64,000 nucleotides of DNA, from contig JADKFY010000002.1 in assembly GCA_016717305.1 (NCBI GenBank), forward strand, positions 346,351 through 410,350. The letters run 5' to 3'. This stretch comes from Flavobacteriales bacterium. Its GTDB lineage: Bacteria > Bacteroidota > Bacteroidia > Flavobacteriales_F > PHOS-HE28. The position numbers and the translations under genes are program-made. Of this stretch, positions 63,797-64,000 are shown piece by piece (position 1 is the first letter of the stretch; each line of letters opens with the position of its first letter). Under the pieces are notes generated by a model. The model had not been told where the DNA came from. It searched no databases and saw only the letters and a program-made list of their open reading frames with translations.

Positions 63797-64000
63797 CTAA
63801 TGGCGTTCAATGATCAATGGAAGTCGTGTGGCGCCTCCGTTGCGTAAGGTCAATTCAACGAGATAGGCACCACTGGGAATACCGCTGAGCATGAATCGAC
63901 GTTCGCCATTGGCGTTCGAGAAGGATCGAACGGTTCGTCCATCGATGGACAACAGGGTCACGCGCGACGGATCCTGGCTCAGCCCACGGATCTCAAATGC
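63797..64000 (-). CDS. C-terminal end (T9SS sorting domain) of a further secreted protein whose body lies beyond the window
   Basis: Reverse-strand translation ...FEIRGLSQDPSRVTLLSIDGRTVRSFSNANGERRFMLSGIPSGAYLVELTLRNGGATRLPLIIERH* (stop TAG at 63797-63799) has T9SS sorting-domain character. Confidence 0.6.
   Translation of the reverse strand, partial: AFEIRGLSQDPSRVTLLSIDGRTVRSFSNANGERRFMLSGIPSGAYLVELTLRNGGATRLPLIIERH

Noticed and set aside
34121-63810. Alternative genetic code (TGA or TAA reassignment) as an explanation for the interrupted genes
   Set aside because: The disruptions are frameshifts at homopolymers rather than in-frame stops (except one TAA). Housekeeping genes terminate normally with TGA/TAA/TAG at the expected positions.

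Overview
This 64-kb window appears to be a GC-rich Bacteroidota chromosomal segment, inferred from its many type IX secretion system (T9SS) C-terminal sorting domains, SprB repeats, GEVED and DUF1573 domains. Three kinds of content alternate along it.

(i) Positions 1-3919 encode the 5' part of a hybrid NRPS-PKS megasynthase that runs off the left edge of the window.

(ii) A conserved housekeeping block is present: pfkA, purE/purK, rpe, rpoD, pnp, rpsO, accD, a class-I aldolase (fbaB-type), an Omp85-family protein, a TrmH-family methyltransferase, ubiE, an ADP-heptose-type sugar kinase, two aminotransferases, meaB, valS and an AbgT transporter.

(iii) The window is unusually dense in large secreted T9SS cargo proteins. 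These include a 1.7-k-aa protein with about 24 tandem 40-aa cysteine-rich repeats, a BNR-propeller protein, an M43-like metalloprotease with three GEVED domains, four paralogous giant modular proteins at 38.5-51.7 kb, and a fragmented SprB-repeat adhesin locus at 59.3-63.8 kb.

The most striking structure is a three-fold tandem iteration of a two-gene cassette at 38.5-51.7 kb, all on the minus strand. Each unit pairs a small secreted HMA-fold-like protein (150-165 aa, with a shared C-terminal motif) with a giant multi-domain T9SS cargo protein.

Several genes carry frame disruptions, including the presumably essential valS. Most are single-base indels in homopolymer runs, so they are more likely assembly or sequencing errors than real pseudogenes. 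One in-frame TAA is a substitution and may be genuine.

No rRNA, tRNA, CRISPR array or obvious mobile element was recognised. Positions I read by hand may be off by 1-2 nt.
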